From positions 2,880,001-2,944,000 of the forward strand of contig CAXXVL010000002.1 of NCBI GenBank assembly GCA_963667845.2: a stretch of 64,000 nucleotides of DNA. The letters run 5' to 3'. Shown piece by piece: positions 50,289-61,940 of the stretch (position 1 is the stretch's first letter; each line of letters opens with the position of its first letter). Below the pieces are notes generated by a model that saw only the letters and a program-made list of their open reading frames with translations, ran no database searches and was not told the DNA's origin. Position numbers and translations under genes: made by a program. Origin of the DNA: Smithellaceae bacterium. GTDB lineage: Bacteria; Desulfobacterota; Syntrophia; Syntrophales; Smithellaceae.

Positions 50289-50936
50289 ATGAGGATAATT
50301 TTATTAGGTGCGCCGGGGGCCGGTAAGGGTACGGTAGCCAAGTTGCTTACAGAGTTTGATGGATCCGTGCAGATATCTACGGGTGATATTTTGCGCTCTG
50401 CGGTAAAAGAGGGTACCCCTTTGGGAAAAAAAGCGAAAGAATACATGGATCGGGGAGATCTCGTGCCGGATGCTCTGATTATGGACATTATGGAGGCGAG
50501 ACTTCAGGAACAGGATTGTCAAAAGGGATTCATTCTGGATGGTTTTCCGCGGACGATTCCGCAGGCGGAAGAGCTCAAAAAGCTGCTCGCGAAATTGAAG
50601 ATTAAACTGGACTTTGTCGCCAACCTGGATGTGCCGCGCGAAGTTGTCCTGGATCGGTTGACGACCAGAAGAACCTGCTGCAATCCGGCATGTCAGGCCA
50701 TTTACAATATCAAGAGCAATCCTCCGAAAGAAGACGGCACGTGCAAACTCTGTGATCATCAGACCATTCAGCGTGATGATGAAACCGAAGAGGCGATCAC
50801 GAATCGTCTGGAAACATACAATTTAAAAACAGCGCCGCTGATCGGTTTTTATGAAAAGGAAGGGCTGCTGAAAACGTTCCTGTCTCTTTCTTCCAAAGAT
50901 ACAGTAGCTGAAATTAAAAAAGCCTTAAAGACCTGA
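50289..50936 (+). CDS. adk: Adenylate kinase (Zn-lid type)
   Basis: GAPGAGKGT, STGDILR, LDGFPRT, Cys-rich lid. Confidence 0.97.
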   Translation: MRIILLGAPGAGKGTVAKLLTEFDGSVQISTGDILRSAVKEGTPLGKKAKEYMDRGDLVPDALIMDIMEARLQEQDCQKGFILDGFPRTIPQAEELKKLLAKLKIKLDFVANLDVPREVVLDRLTTRRTCCNPACQAIYNIKSNPPKEDGTCKLCDHQTIQRDDETEEAITNRLETYNLKTAPLIGFYEKEGLLKTFLSLSSKDTVAEIKKALKT

Positions 50937-50949
50937 ACTCAATAATTCA

Positions 50950-52917
50950 ATGATTGAGTATGAAAAAGAGCTGAATCCGGAACAATACCGAGTTGTCACA
51001 GAAGAAGGCGGGCCGCTTCTTGTTCTTGCGGGAGCAGGAAGCGGCAAAACGCGCACGCTGACTTACCGGGTTGCTCATCTCCTGGAAACCGGCGTCAAGC
51101 CGGAAAGTATTCTCCTCGCTACATTTACGAATAAGGCCTCCCGATCCATGCTGAATCGGGTAGAAAGCCTTGTGGGTTGCTATACGGGGAAAATAATGGG
51201 TGGCACATTTCACTCCATCGCCCATCGCTTTCTCCGCAGCTACGCTTTCCGTCTGGGATATCAAAACAGCTTCTCGATCGTCGACAGTGAAGATGCACGG
51301 CAGATTATTGCATCAGCGATGGGCGAGTTGAAGATTGATACCAAGCTGACCAAGTTTCCCAAAAACAATATCATCGCCGAAATGATCAGCCTGGCGCTGA
51401 ACACGGAGATTACGCTGGAAGATGTGATTGCTTCGCGATACCCGTTCTTTCTACATCTGAGTATGGACCTTCATCAAATCGCCTGCCGCTACGAGCAAAA
51501 AAAGAAAGACCTCAACGTGATGGATTTTGATGACCTCCTGGCCAACTGCCGGCGGCTGCTTCGGGATAATCCCGATGTTTTGGAGACGCTGTCGCAGAGG
51601 TTTCATCACGTGCTGGTGGATGAATATCAGGATACGAACATCATTCAGGCCGAGATAGTCGATCTGCTGGCCTCTGGCCATCGCAATCTGATGGTCGTGG
51701 GGGATGATTCGCAAAGCATTTATTCTTTTCGCGGCGCTAATTTTGAGAATATCATCCATTTTCCCGAACGCTATCCCGATTGTAAAATTTTCAAGCTCGA
51801 GACCAACTATCGCAGCACGCCGGAAATCCTTCATCTGGCCAATCTGAGCATCAATAATAACGAAAACCAATTTCCCAAGTCATTGAAGGCCGTCCGCAAC
51901 GCGGGCATGCGGCCGGTCATGGTTTCCGCGCAGAACGTTTTAAAGCAGGCGGACTTTGTCGCTCAAAGAATTGCCGAATTGTCGCGCAGCGGGGTGCCCT
52001 TCAGCGAGATGGCCGTTCTCTATCGCGCCCACTATCATTCGATGGAAGTGCAGATGGAGTTCGTCAGACGCGATATTCCTTTCGACATTCGTTCCGGTAT
52101 CCGTTTTTTTGAGCAGGCGCATATCAAAGACGTGACATCTTATATGAGGATTTTGATCAATCCCCAGGATGAACTGGCGTGGCGCCGGCTTCTCATGATG
52201 TATCCCAAAATAGGCAAGGTGACGTTTGAAAAAATCTGGAGCCGGCTTGCCAAACAGGATAATCCGCTGGAGTCATTCTTGACGGATGCATTTGTGAAAG
52301 CCGTACCCAAAACAGCGCAAAACGGCGTTGAGCAGTGCCGGAAGATATTGCTGACATTGCTTTCGCTGGATGTCCCTGACCGAGTACCGGAAAAAATTAT
52401 CGATCTGCTGTTAAACAAGGGTGACTACCGGACGTACCTTCAGGATAACTATTCCGACGCATCGGCGCGCGAAGAAGATTTAATCCAGCTGGGGAATTTT
52501 GCCGCCAAGTTTGAGCGGATGGATGATTTTCTGAACGAACTGGCGCTGCTCACCAATATGTCTAAAGAGGAAGAGATCGAAGAGCAGCAGGTCGACAAGG
52601 TTATCTTAAGCACGATCCATCAGGCCAAAGGGCTCGAATGGTCTTATGTCTTTCTGATCTGGTGCGCCGACGGCATGATTCCCCTGCAGCGGGCGCTCAA
52701 GGAACCGGGAGGAGAAGAAGAGGAAAGAAGGCTCTTCTATGTCGCCGTGACGCGCGCCAAGGATCAACTCTATCTTTCTTCACCCGTGCTGGACTATACC
52801 CGCTCCGCAGGCACACTGACACTCAGTCCGTCGCGCTTTATTAGCGAAATAGCGCCCCTGTCCTCCAAAGACGAACAGCGTCCATTTGAACAATGGACGC
52901 TGTTTGATGATTATTAA
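50950..52917 (+). CDS. UvrD/PcrA-family helicase
   Basis: AGAGSGKT, DEYQD, GDDSQSIYSFRGA, TIHQAKGLE, EERRLFYVAVTRA. Confidence 0.95.
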   Translation: MIEYEKELNPEQYRVVTEEGGPLLVLAGAGSGKTRTLTYRVAHLLETGVKPESILLATFTNKASRSMLNRVESLVGCYTGKIMGGTFHSIAHRFLRSYAFRLGYQNSFSIVDSEDARQIIASAMGELKIDTKLTKFPKNNIIAEMISLALNTEITLEDVIASRYPFFLHLSMDLHQIACRYEQKKKDLNVMDFDDLLANCRRLLRDNPDVLETLSQRFHHVLVDEYQDTNIIQAEIVDLLASGHRNLMVVGDDSQSIYSFRGANFENIIHFPERYPDCKIFKLETNYRSTPEILHLANLSINNNENQFPKSLKAVRNAGMRPVMVSAQNVLKQADFVAQRIAELSRSGVPFSEMAVLYRAHYHSMEVQMEFVRRDIPFDIRSGIRFFEQAHIKDVTSYMRILINPQDELAWRRLLMMYPKIGKVTFEKIWSRLAKQDNPLESFLTDAFVKAVPKTAQNGVEQCRKILLTLLSLDVPDRVPEKIIDLLLNKGDYRTYLQDNYSDASAREEDLIQLGNFAAKFERMDDFLNELALLTNMSKEEEIEEQQVDKVILSTIHQAKGLEWSYVFLIWCADGMIPLQRALKEPGGEEEERRLFYVAVTRAKDQLYLSSPVLDYTRSAGTLTLSPSRFISEIAPLSSKDEQRPFEQWTLFDDY

Positions 52918-52932
52918 AAAACTCGTCAGACT

Positions 52933-54705
52933 TTAGACAATCTTTAAGGAAAGTTCCATCAGCTGTTCGATGCTGACCTTGGACGGGGCTTCAGACATAA
53001 GATCCGCCGCTTTCTGCGTTTTCGGGAAGGCAATGACGTCGCGGATCGATTCCGCCTTGGTCATGATCATGGTGAGCCGATCCAGACCGAAGGCCAGTCC
53101 TCCATGAGGAGGAGCACCGCATTCCAGTGCGTCCAGTAAAAATCCGAACTTCAGCCTCGCTTCTTCATCGCTTAATCCCAGCGCACTGAACACCTGCGAC
53201 TGGACGTCTTTGCGGTGGATACGAATGCTGCCGCCGCCGATTTCCGAGCCGTTCAGGACCAGATCGTAGGCTTTGGCTCTGACTTTTCCGGGATCCGCGG
53301 TCATGAGCGGAATATCCTCGATAAACGGAGATGTAAAAGGATGATGAGTCGACATGAATCGTTTTTCCGTTTCCGAATATTCCATCAATGGAAATTCCGT
53401 AATCCACGTGAAGGCCAGGGCATCCGGATCAATGAGATTGAGCTTCTTGCCCAGATTCAGGCGCAGATTGCCCAGAGAGTCGCTGACCACCTTCGGCGTA
53501 TCGGCGACAAAGAAAATGATGTCTCCCTCCTTGGCATCCATGGCTTCGTTGATACGAGCAACGACCGGAGGTATTAGGAATTTATAAATCGGCGATGTCC
53601 AGTCGGCGGCATTGACTTTGGCCCAGGCCAGGCCTTTGGCGCCGTAAATAGCTACGAAATCTTTGAGGCCATCGAGGTCTTTACGGGATAAGGCGGAAGC
53701 CTGCTGGGCTTTGATGGCTTTGATGACACCGCCGGATGCGGCGACTTCCGCGAACAGCTTGAAGCCCGAGTCTTTTACGATGGCCGTGAGGTCGACAATT
53801 TCCATTCCGAAGCGGATGTCGGGATTATCCTTTCCGTAACGGCTGATGGCGTCGGCGTATTTCAGCCGGGGGAAGGGAAGGGTCAGGTCTTTATTGAGAC
53901 AGGCCTTGAAGATGGCCTTCATCAGGCCTTCCATCATCTGCATGATGTCTTCTTCCGTGATAAAGGACATTTCCACGTCGATCTGAGTGAATTCAGGCTG
54001 GCGATCGGCGCGCAGATCCTCGTCGCGGAAACATTTCGCAATTTGAAAATAGCGGTCAAAACCGGAAACCATCAGGAGTTGCTTGAAAATTTGCGGCGAT
54101 TGCGGCAGGGCATAAAACGTTCCCTTGTTGACGCGGCTGGGGACCAGATAATCGCGTGCTCCTTCCGGCGTGCTCTTGCCCAGGAAAGGTGTTTCAACTT
54201 CGATAAAGCCATTGTCGTTAAAATATTGACGGGTGGCAATCGCCAGCTTGCTGCGCAGGAACAAATTCTTCTGAATGGCCGGTCGGCGCAAATCCAGATA
54301 ACGGTATTTGAGACGGACGTTTTCGGAAATGTCTTCTTCATCAAAAGAGAAGGGAGGCGTTTTGGATTCGTTCAGAATCTCCAGTTCGGAGATAATCACT
54401 TCGACCTGGCCTGTGGAGATGGCGGAGTTATCCATGCCTTCCGGCCTCTCGCGCACTTTGCCTTTCACCGCCAGGACGTATTCGCTCCGGATTTTGTGCG
54501 CCTCTCCGTGCACGGTTTCTCCCGCTTCAGGATTGAAGACAATCTGAACGATGCCTTCGCGGTCGCGCAAATCGACGAAGATGACGCCGCCGTGATCTCT
54601 GCGGCGCTGAGCCCAACCGAACAAGATGACTTCACTGCCGACATCGGCTACCCTGACATTTCCGCAATAATGTGTTCTTTTTTCCTTCGTAATAAATTGG
54701 CTCAC
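52933..54705 (-). CDS. aspS: Aspartyl-tRNA synthetase (likely non-discriminating)
   Basis: [30 protein letters not shown] His and RPEG Gly suggest the non-discriminating type. Confidence 0.98.
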   Translation of the reverse strand: MSQFITKEKRTHYCGNVRVADVGSEVILFGWAQRRRDHGGVIFVDLRDREGIVQIVFNPEAGETVHGEAHKIRSEYVLAVKGKVRERPEGMDNSAISTGQVEVIISELEILNESKTPPFSFDEEDISENVRLKYRYLDLRRPAIQKNLFLRSKLAIATRQYFNDNGFIEVETPFLGKSTPEGARDYLVPSRVNKGTFYALPQSPQIFKQLLMVSGFDRYFQIAKCFRDEDLRADRQPEFTQIDVEMSFITEEDIMQMMEGLMKAIFKACLNKDLTLPFPRLKYADAISRYGKDNPDIRFGMEIVDLTAIVKDSGFKLFAEVAASGGVIKAIKAQQASALSRKDLDGLKDFVAIYGAKGLAWAKVNAADWTSPIYKFLIPPVVARINEAMDAKEGDIIFFVADTPKVVSDSLGNLRLNLGKKLNLIDPDALAFTWITEFPLMEYSETEKRFMSTHHPFTSPFIEDIPLMTADPGKVRAKAYDLVLNGSEIGGGSIRIHRKDVQSQVFSALGLSDEEARLKFGFLLDALECGAPPHGGLAFGLDRLTMIMTKAESIRDVIAFPKTQKAADLMSEAPSKVSIEQLMELSLKIV

Positions 54706-55976
54706 AAACCTGATCCCTCTCTTTTAAAAATATTCGTAATGGCCTCCAGCATATGGTCCAGAGGCAAACTTTGTTGATCCTTTGTCTTCATATCGCGTAA
54801 CTGGGCCCGGTTTTCGTCGAGTTCCTTGTCTCCGAAAATCAACGTGTAGGCACTATTGAGTTTATCGGCGCGCTTCATCTGGCTTTTCAGGCTTTTGTCC
54901 GAATAATCCATAGCGGCGCTGATGCCTCTTCTGCGCAGCTCCTGAGTCAGGCCGAAGCCGATTTTCTGAGCGCGCGCGCCGAGGGCGGCGATAAAGATGT
55001 CCATGCGATAAGGGTTTTGATCCGATGATGGCAGACAGGCAATAAGCCTCTCCAGACCGATGCCGAATCCGATGCCGGGCACTTCGGGACCGCCCAGAAA
55101 ACTCACCAGCCCATCATAGCGGCCGCCTCCTGCCAGAGAATTTTGTGCACCTAAGGCGCCGGATTTCACCTCAAAAGCTGTCTTTGTATAGTAATCCAGG
55201 CCGCGCACCATTTTGGGATTGATTTCATAGGGCAGCTTCAGATCATTGAGATATTCTTTTACTGCGGAAAAATGTTCCGAGCATTCTGTGCAAAGATAAT
55301 TCAAGATGAGCGGCGCACCGGCAATGACCGAGGCACAGGTTTCCACCTTGCAGTCAAAGACACGCAGCGGATTGGTGTTGATTCGCCGCTGACAGTCCGG
55401 GCAAAGGGAACTCTCCGATCCCTTCAGATATTCGACCACCGCCCGGGAAAAAACCGGTCGGCATGCTTTACAGCCCAGTGAATTGATCTCCAAAGATAAT
55501 TTTTCGACGCCCAGTGATTGCAGAAAATGCATTAACAGGAAGATAACTTCCGCGTCGGAGGCCGGTTGATCATCGCCGAATAATTCCACGTCGATTTGAT
55601 GAAACTGGCGGAAACGGCCCTTTTGCGGACGTTCACGGCGAAACATCGGGCCCATGGTGTAAAGTCTGGTGACCGGATCAGAGGCCAGGAGATTATGTTC
55701 AATATAGGCGCGGATGACGGATGCCGTGGCTTCCGGCCGCAGAGTAAGGAGTTCATCATCCCGGTCGCGGAAAGTGTACATTTCCTTTTCCACGATATCG
55801 GTGGTTTCTCCGATACTGCGCTGGAACAGCGCCGTTTTCTCCATAATCGGCACACGGATTTCACAAAAGCCAAAGCATTCAAAAACTTTACGGGCCGTCA
55901 ACTCCACCTGATGCCAGATCGGTGAATCCTTGGGCAGGATATCTTTAATTCCCTTGATAGCTGTGATTTTTTCCAT
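54702..55976 (-). CDS. hisS: Histidyl-tRNA synthetase
   Basis: [34 protein letters not shown]; true start MEKITAIKG at 55976. Confidence 0.97.
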   Translation of the reverse strand: MEKITAIKGIKDILPKDSPIWHQVELTARKVFECFGFCEIRVPIMEKTALFQRSIGETTDIVEKEMYTFRDRDDELLTLRPEATASVIRAYIEHNLLASDPVTRLYTMGPMFRRERPQKGRFRQFHQIDVELFGDDQPASDAEVIFLLMHFLQSLGVEKLSLEINSLGCKACRPVFSRAVVEYLKGSESSLCPDCQRRINTNPLRVFDCKVETCASVIAGAPLILNYLCTECSEHFSAVKEYLNDLKLPYEINPKMVRGLDYYTKTAFEVKSGALGAQNSLAGGGRYDGLVSFLGGPEVPGIGFGIGLERLIACLPSSDQNPYRMDIFIAALGARAQKIGFGLTQELRRRGISAAMDYSDKSLKSQMKRADKLNSAYTLIFGDKELDENRAQLRDMKTKDQQSLPLDHMLEAITNIFKREGSGL

Positions 55977-56183
55977 ATACGTTTTCCAAAAGCCCCGCGC
56001 TGGCCTTTCCAATGTCCTGATGGGGAGGATCTCAAGCAAGGAGCTTTGTTGCTTCCTGCGTGCGGGTCTGTCGCTTTGCCCGTTCCATTGTGACCCGATA
56101 CGACTTCGGGCCGTATTTAGCGAGTCCGGACATCGATCGACGCGCTTTTCTGCGGCATTTAAGTTCCACAAATAAATCGGTAG

Positions 56184-56212
56184 CTTCTAGCATATCGCCC
56201 GATAGTTGGCAA
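56184..56212 (-). promoter_or_regulatory. Putative hisS-aspS promoter
   Basis: TTGCCA-N17-TAGAAG with an extended TG on the minus strand. Confidence 0.5.
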
Positions 56213-56219
56213 TTAAATA

Positions 56220-58718
56220 TTATTGGCGCTTGGCCGGCTCATCCGGTTTTTCCAGCCAGGGATTGACCTGAAGGGTTTTACCGTCGGAATATATGAAAAT
56301 CGCTCCATTTCTATCAGTGCGGAAAATTACCGTTCCGGCTTGCCTATAGCGATCGATAACCGCAGGGTGAGGATGGCGGAAGACATTACTTCTTCCGGCA
56401 CTGATGATTGCAAAGCGGCTGGAAATGGCGTGGATAAAATCGCTGGAGTTGGAGTGAATTGAACCGTGATGCGGCACGAATAGCAGATCGCTCCTTAAGT
56501 CGCGTCCCGAAGTCAGCAACAGTGCTTCAACGCGTGCTGATATATCGCCCGTCAATATAAGGCTGTTGGCCCCATGTGCAATTTTCATGACCAGGGAAGA
56601 ATCATTGGCATCGCGATACGTTATTTCTTTTTGTCTATCGACTGCTGGAGGTAACGGCCACAGGAACTGGAGATGGACGCCGGATATCTGCTCGGGCGGC
56701 GATAGTGCTGAGAGAACCTTTACCTCTATTTCGCGGTCACGGATTAATTCTGCCCAGGTTTGATAGAGATCGTCATCGGCGGCAGCATTTGTGCACCACA
56801 CTTTCCGGACATCGAAATTCTTTACGATATATATCAAACCTTGAAGATGATCAGGATGTGGATGCGTGAGAACAACAATATCAATTCGTTTGATCCTTTG
56901 GGCATAGAGAAACGGTGCTATGACCGCTTTTCCCATATCGAATGAACTGTCATGAAAACCACCACCGTCAACCATCATATTGACGCCGTGAGGGAATTGA
57001 ATGAGTGTGGCCGAGCCTTGTCCGACGTCAATGGCCGTGATTCTCAAACCAGGGGCATATTTATCTTTCACGGCAAGATAAACAGAATCGCCGATGATCA
57101 ATGCCAGCGAGACAATGAGCGTCACTCTGATAAACAACGGATGACGTGCCGAGAATGCTTTTCTATTTCTTTTGTCCAAGGGAATCAATGTTTCGATCAG
57201 GAGAAAGAGAAAGAAATAGAACAATATTATTTCAGCCATGTTCGGCTTGGTAAAGGTGCAGGTCGACCACGGCAGCGATGCCAGCCAGTTAATGATCGCA
57301 ACGGAAATACCGGTTAAAAATGATGCGGCCGAAATGAGAAGACCGGCCATCCCGGGCGAGAACAGCGCAATTATAATAAAGCCCATGGCCGGAATCAGTG
57401 CCAGCATTCCCAACAGGGGAACTGCGATAAGGTTGGCGATTAACGTGACAGTGGATGCCCGGTTGAAATAAAACACGATAATGGGAAGAGTGCCCATGGT
57501 GGCGGCAGCAGAAACCAGCAGGAATAGATAAACCCGTCGACAGAGCGTTTGCAGCCAATGAGGTGTGTATAAAGGTAACCCCAGGGGAATATCGCTGAAT
57601 TTGGGAACGATATATAAAATGGCAAACACAGCGCCGAAGGATAATTGAAAAGAAATATCAAAAAGTGACTCGGGTGCGATGATCAATATGATCAAAGCCG
57701 CGGCAAAGAGGATATTATAGGGGTCTCTTTGCTTTTGTATGAGTAACGCCGCGAGAATGGCGAGCGTCATAAGGGTTGATCGAATCACCGTTGTTCCCAT
57801 TCCGGCAACCAATGCATAGATAATGACGGGCATCAAAGACGCGGCCGTGGCTACTTTGACAGTATTGAATCTAAGCATCAGATGCTCTGAAAATCTCATG
57901 AGAAAAAATATCAGTAAAAAACCGCCTGCTGCCACCATTCCGATATGCAGTCCGGAAATGGAGAGAATGTGAGATGTGCCGGTTTTGGCGAAATTTTCGC
58001 GAACGTCCGGTGGAATAGCTTTCTGATTACCGAGCGTCATGGCTTCAATGATTTCTCGCTGAGGGGAGGGGGCATTCTTGTAAATGAGATCTCTTAAATA
58101 CAACCGAAATGTTTCCAATCTCAAATAAATGCCGCTGCCTGAATTGCGCCGTATCAGAACAATGCCGGCGTGGCTGGCTACGAATCCGGAAACATAAATA
58201 TCCCGGCGGTTAAGATAGCGTTCGTAATCGAAGCTGCCGGGATTATGAAAACTCTGGATTTTCTTTACCGTGGAATGAAATCGGATAAAATCACCGTACT
58301 GAAAACTGAGGTCCCCCGGTACGACCAGCCGAATATTTCCTGTTGCAGAAACAATAGAATTATTCTTAATCAATCTTCGGCAATTTACCACCAAAACCCC
58401 GCCGGATGGGGAAATGGCTTCGGTCGACTGGACAACGCCTTCAACCGTTATTCGGCCTTGACCGGCTTGATGGATAATATGTTGCTTGTGATCCGTCAAG
58501 TATTGCGGCCTTTGGATATCGAATAAGCCGACGATGAGCATCAGCAAAATAAGAAGACTGAAGGATGCCTTTTCCCATCGCCGTCTTACACTGAGAAGTA
58601 AAATGAACAGGACTGCCAATGCTCCGATGATTAAGAGAAGAGAAGACGTTCTAATATTATCACCGATCAGAATGCCGATCATCAAACCGATAAGAGGATA
58701 GAATATGGGTCTGCGCAT
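56220..58718 (-). CDS. comEC: DNA uptake competence protein ComEC/Rec2
   Basis: NPGSFDY, HILSISGLH, SFQLSF, DVGQG, THPHPDH, PHHGS, HPHP. Confidence 0.96.
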   Translation of the reverse strand: MRRPIFYPLIGLMIGILIGDNIRTSSLLLIIGALAVLFILLLSVRRRWEKASFSLLILLMLIVGLFDIQRPQYLTDHKQHIIHQAGQGRITVEGVVQSTEAISPSGGVLVVNCRRLIKNNSIVSATGNIRLVVPGDLSFQYGDFIRFHSTVKKIQSFHNPGSFDYERYLNRRDIYVSGFVASHAGIVLIRRNSGSGIYLRLETFRLYLRDLIYKNAPSPQREIIEAMTLGNQKAIPPDVRENFAKTGTSHILSISGLHIGMVAAGGFLLIFFLMRFSEHLMLRFNTVKVATAASLMPVIIYALVAGMGTTVIRSTLMTLAILAALLIQKQRDPYNILFAAALIILIIAPESLFDISFQLSFGAVFAILYIVPKFSDIPLGLPLYTPHWLQTLCRRVYLFLLVSAAATMGTLPIIVFYFNRASTVTLIANLIAVPLLGMLALIPAMGFIIIALFSPGMAGLLISAASFLTGISVAIINWLASLPWSTCTFTKPNMAEIILFYFFLFLLIETLIPLDKRNRKAFSARHPLFIRVTLIVSLALIIGDSVYLAVKDKYAPGLRITAIDVGQGSATLIQFPHGVNMMVDGGGFHDSSFDMGKAVIAPFLYAQRIKRIDIVVLTHPHPDHLQGLIYIVKNFDVRKVWCTNAAADDDLYQTWAELIRDREIEVKVLSALSPPEQISGVHLQFLWPLPPAVDRQKEITYRDANDSSLVMKIAHGANSLILTGDISARVEALLLTSGRDLRSDLLFVPHHGSIHSNSSDFIHAISSRFAIISAGRSNVFRHPHPAVIDRYRQAGTVIFRTDRNGAIFIYSDGKTLQVNPWLEKPDEPAKRQ

Positions 58719-58828
58719 AATAGAAAATATTCTTTTAACGAGAAAGAACTCAAATGATTAGCTAAAAACAGTAAAATGTAATAAAATTTAAAAAAGTATC
58801 CTCATGGATCATTATTCGGAAACGCACT

Positions 58829-60487
58829 ATGCATCAAAATAGGGAACAAGACGAGAGAACCTGGCAGCGGCTCAAGTTATTGATCATCATCAGGCTGATC
58901 GTCATTTCCATATTTTTGGTGGTCGCATTCCTCCTGGAAATGATGAAAAACGTTCTTCCAGTTTTGCCGACCATCATGAATTTAATTTATGCTGTTATTC
59001 TTGTGATGTATGTTCTGTCCTTATTTTATACACTGCTTTTAAGAAAAGAAAAGTATTTTCGGCTGAATATTTATACGCAGTTCATTGCCGATATTGTTCT
59101 GGTTTCTTTACTCGTCTATTTGACCGGCAGCATCGGAAGCAACTATTCACTGCTCTATACACTGGTTATTATCTATTCTTCGCTATTCCTGGGCCGAAAA
59201 GGGGCGCTGATCATTGCTTCTGTTTCCAGCGTTGTTTTCGGGTTGGTTCTGGAGCTTGAATACTTCAAAATTATTTCCACAATCTATTCCACCGGTCGGG
59301 ATTATTCTGTGGAAACGAGTGATGTATTCGTCAGAGTTGCCGTGCATATCTTATCTTTCTATATTGTGGCGTTCCTGGCCAGTTTTGTCGTTGAACAGGA
59401 AAAGAAAACAAGGTCGCTTCTGGAAGAGAGGGAATCAGCATTTGATCAATTGGATCTTCTTTTCCGCAGCATCATTGAATCGGTGGATACCGGTATTTTG
59501 ACGACCACTATGCAGGGGAGGATAAAAACGTTCAATCGAGCGGCCGAATCAATCACGGGTTTTGATCTCGCTTCACTGGAGAATCGACAGATACGGGACA
59601 TCTTTCCGGAGTTCAGCGCCTTTTTTGACGCGGACACAGTTGATTTAATCAAGAGTCGCAGAGAAATCAAAGTTGCCCTCGGGTCAGGCGCGCAGGTTCA
59701 TTTGGGCTGTTCGTTTTCTCCCTTGAGAGACAGGTATGGCAAACAAATCGGCCATATTCTGATCTTTCAGGATTTGACGGAAATAAAGCGAATGGAAGAA
59801 GATCTTGAAAAGAGCAAGAGGCTCGCGTTGATTGGAGAAATGGCGGCCGGCTTTGCACATGAAATGAGAAATCCTCTGGCATCCATTACCGGTTCCATTC
59901 AATTGCTCGGACAGACGGCCAGAATGGAGGATACTGACAAGCGGTTAATGCAGATCATTATGCGCGGCAAAGACCAGCTGGATAGCTTCGTCCGCGATTT
60001 TCTTCTCCTTGCCCGTCCCGTTCCGCAAATAAGAGAACCGGTGAGTCTTCCTGAAGTCGCGGAAGAGGTGATAGAAAATATAAGATTGTCGAGCGAATGG
60101 ACGGAAGGTCTTAAAATTGTCAGAACTTTTTCGGGACAAAGTAAAGCCTTTGCGAACAGAGAACAAATCCGTCAAATTATTCAAAATCTGATGCTCAACG
60201 CAGTGCAGGCCTCGGATAGGCCAGGAAATATATTCCTTGAAATTAAAGCGTTGAACCTGGATGATGGGAAAAATTATACGTTGATCCGAGTTACGGACGA
60301 AGGATGCGGAATTGATGAAAGAGATTTAAAAAATGTATTTGAACCGTTCTTTACCAAAAAGGAAAAGGGAACCGGTTTAGGATTGGCTATCGTCAGTCGC
60401 ATCGTTGATGGCTACGGTGGTAAAATAAAGATTGAAAGCTGGATCGATAAGGGCACATCTGTTCGGGTTTGGTTGCCCTGTGAATAA
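58829..60487 (+). CDS. pilS: PilS-like membrane sensor histidine kinase (multi-TM, PAS)
   Basis: About 6 TM helices, PAS, AHEMRNPL, DEGCG, FFTKK, GTGLGL. Confidence 0.85.
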   Translation: MHQNREQDERTWQRLKLLIIIRLIVISIFLVVAFLLEMMKNVLPVLPTIMNLIYAVILVMYVLSLFYTLLLRKEKYFRLNIYTQFIADIVLVSLLVYLTGSIGSNYSLLYTLVIIYSSLFLGRKGALIIASVSSVVFGLVLELEYFKIISTIYSTGRDYSVETSDVFVRVAVHILSFYIVAFLASFVVEQEKKTRSLLEERESAFDQLDLLFRSIIESVDTGILTTTMQGRIKTFNRAAESITGFDLASLENRQIRDIFPEFSAFFDADTVDLIKSRREIKVALGSGAQVHLGCSFSPLRDRYGKQIGHILIFQDLTEIKRMEEDLEKSKRLALIGEMAAGFAHEMRNPLASITGSIQLLGQTARMEDTDKRLMQIIMRGKDQLDSFVRDFLLLARPVPQIREPVSLPEVAEEVIENIRLSSEWTEGLKIVRTFSGQSKAFANREQIRQIIQNLMLNAVQASDRPGNIFLEIKALNLDDGKNYTLIRVTDEGCGIDERDLKNVFEPFFTKKEKGTGLGLAIVSRIVDGYGGKIKIESWIDKGTSVRVWLPCE

Positions 60488-60517
60488 ACAGAGAGTTCGA
60501 TGAGAAGGAGTAACAGC

Positions 60518-61879
60518 ATGGCGAAAATTCTGGTTCTGGATGATGACCAAGGCATGAGAGAATTCATGGAGATCATGCTGACCAAAGAAGGATATGACGT
60601 CACCTCTGCCGATAATCCGGTCAAGGCGATTAACCTCTGCCGTAAAACAGCCTATGATTTGGTCATCACGGACTTGAAAATGCCCAAAATTGACGGAATC
60701 GAATTTCTGAAAACCATCAAGGATCATCGACCGCAAACAGTCGTGATTTTGATCACGGCCTATGCTTCAGGAGAGACAGCCGTTAATGCGATGAAAGAAG
60801 GGGCCTATGACTACGTAGAAAAGGGCGGCAATATTGAAGAATTGAAGCAGATTGTTCGGCAGGCCTTATTGAAAAATGGACTGGTCAATGAAGCCCCGGT
60901 TCCGAAAAACGAACCGTCCGATGCATCGTTCTTCGGTATGATCGGCTCAAGCAGAGAGATGTCCAAAGTTTTTTCAACGATTCAAAAAGTAGCCAATACT
61001 CCGGCCAATATCCTGATTCTGGGCGAAAGCGGCACCGGCAAGGAATTGGTTGCACGTGCGATTCACGCCAATTCGTCACGCTCCAAAATGCCCTTTATGG
61101 CCATTAACAGCGGCGGTATTCCCGAGAATTTGCTGGAAAGTGAATTATTCGGCTATATGAAAGGATCGTTTACCGGGGCTTATGCGGATCGCGCCGGACT
61201 TTTCGAAATGGCCAAAGGCGGGACGGTATTCCTGGACGAAATCGGTGAGCTGCCGCCGGTCCTGCAAGTTAAGCTCTTGAGAGTCGTGCAGGAAAAGACA
61301 TTTCGCCGCATCGGCGGGGCGGAAGATATCAAAGTCGACGTGCGCATTATTTCGGCGACCAATCAGAATCTGAAAGAGAAGGTAAAAAAAGGCGAATTTC
61401 GAGAAGATCTCTATTTTCGGCTGAATGTTATCCCCATTCAGATGCCGCCGCTTCGGGAAAGGAAAGAAGATATTCCTCTTCTAACCAAACATTTCGTTGA
61501 AAAATATGCCCGCGAATTCGATAAGGAAGTGAGGATGATTTCTTCATACGCAATGGAATTGTTGATGGGATATGCCTTCCCGGGAAATATTCGGGAACTG
61601 GAAAATATCATCGAACGCGGCGTGGCGATGGAGACGTCCAATATTATTCTACCCGAAAACCTGGTACTGTCCGTCGAGGCCGATGTCGAGCAGAAAACCA
61701 TGGAGCTTAGCGTCCCCGACGCAGGCATTGACCTGAATGCTGAACTGGAAGCTATAGAAAAAAGAGCGATTGAAAAAGCTCTTCTGAAAACAAAAGGTTC
61801 GAAAACGAAAGCGGCTGAACTGCTGCATGTCACGTTTGATTCATTACGCTATCGTGTTGAGAAACTGGGCATAGAATGA
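60518..61879 (+). CDS. pilR: PilR-like sigma54-dependent response regulator
   Basis: REC domain, GESGTGKE, GSFTGA, FLDEIG, Fis-type HTH SLRYR. Confidence 0.85.
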   Translation: MAKILVLDDDQGMREFMEIMLTKEGYDVTSADNPVKAINLCRKTAYDLVITDLKMPKIDGIEFLKTIKDHRPQTVVILITAYASGETAVNAMKEGAYDYVEKGGNIEELKQIVRQALLKNGLVNEAPVPKNEPSDASFFGMIGSSREMSKVFSTIQKVANTPANILILGESGTGKELVARAIHANSSRSKMPFMAINSGGIPENLLESELFGYMKGSFTGAYADRAGLFEMAKGGTVFLDEIGELPPVLQVKLLRVVQEKTFRRIGGAEDIKVDVRIISATNQNLKEKVKKGEFREDLYFRLNVIPIQMPPLRERKEDIPLLTKHFVEKYAREFDKEVRMISSYAMELLMGYAFPGNIRELENIIERGVAMETSNIILPENLVLSVEADVEQKTMELSVPDAGIDLNAELEAIEKRAIEKALLKTKGSKTKAAELLHVTFDSLRYRVEKLGIE

Positions 61880-61940
61880 TTTTCCCGGGAATGCGGGTTC
61901 CAGTGTGTTGCGGTATTCCCTGGTGACTTCAGGAGACGGA

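Noticed and set aside
55977..56171. 65-aa N-terminal extension of HisS, or a T-box / Moco riboswitch
   Set aside because: HisRS homology starts at MEKITAIKG. No GGTGGTACC T-box is present, and the CCTCCC..GGAAAGG resemblance to Moco lacks the 5' elements.
61150..61185. GSFTGA instead of GAFTGA as an inactivating change
   Set aside because: A common natural variant in enhancer-binding proteins.
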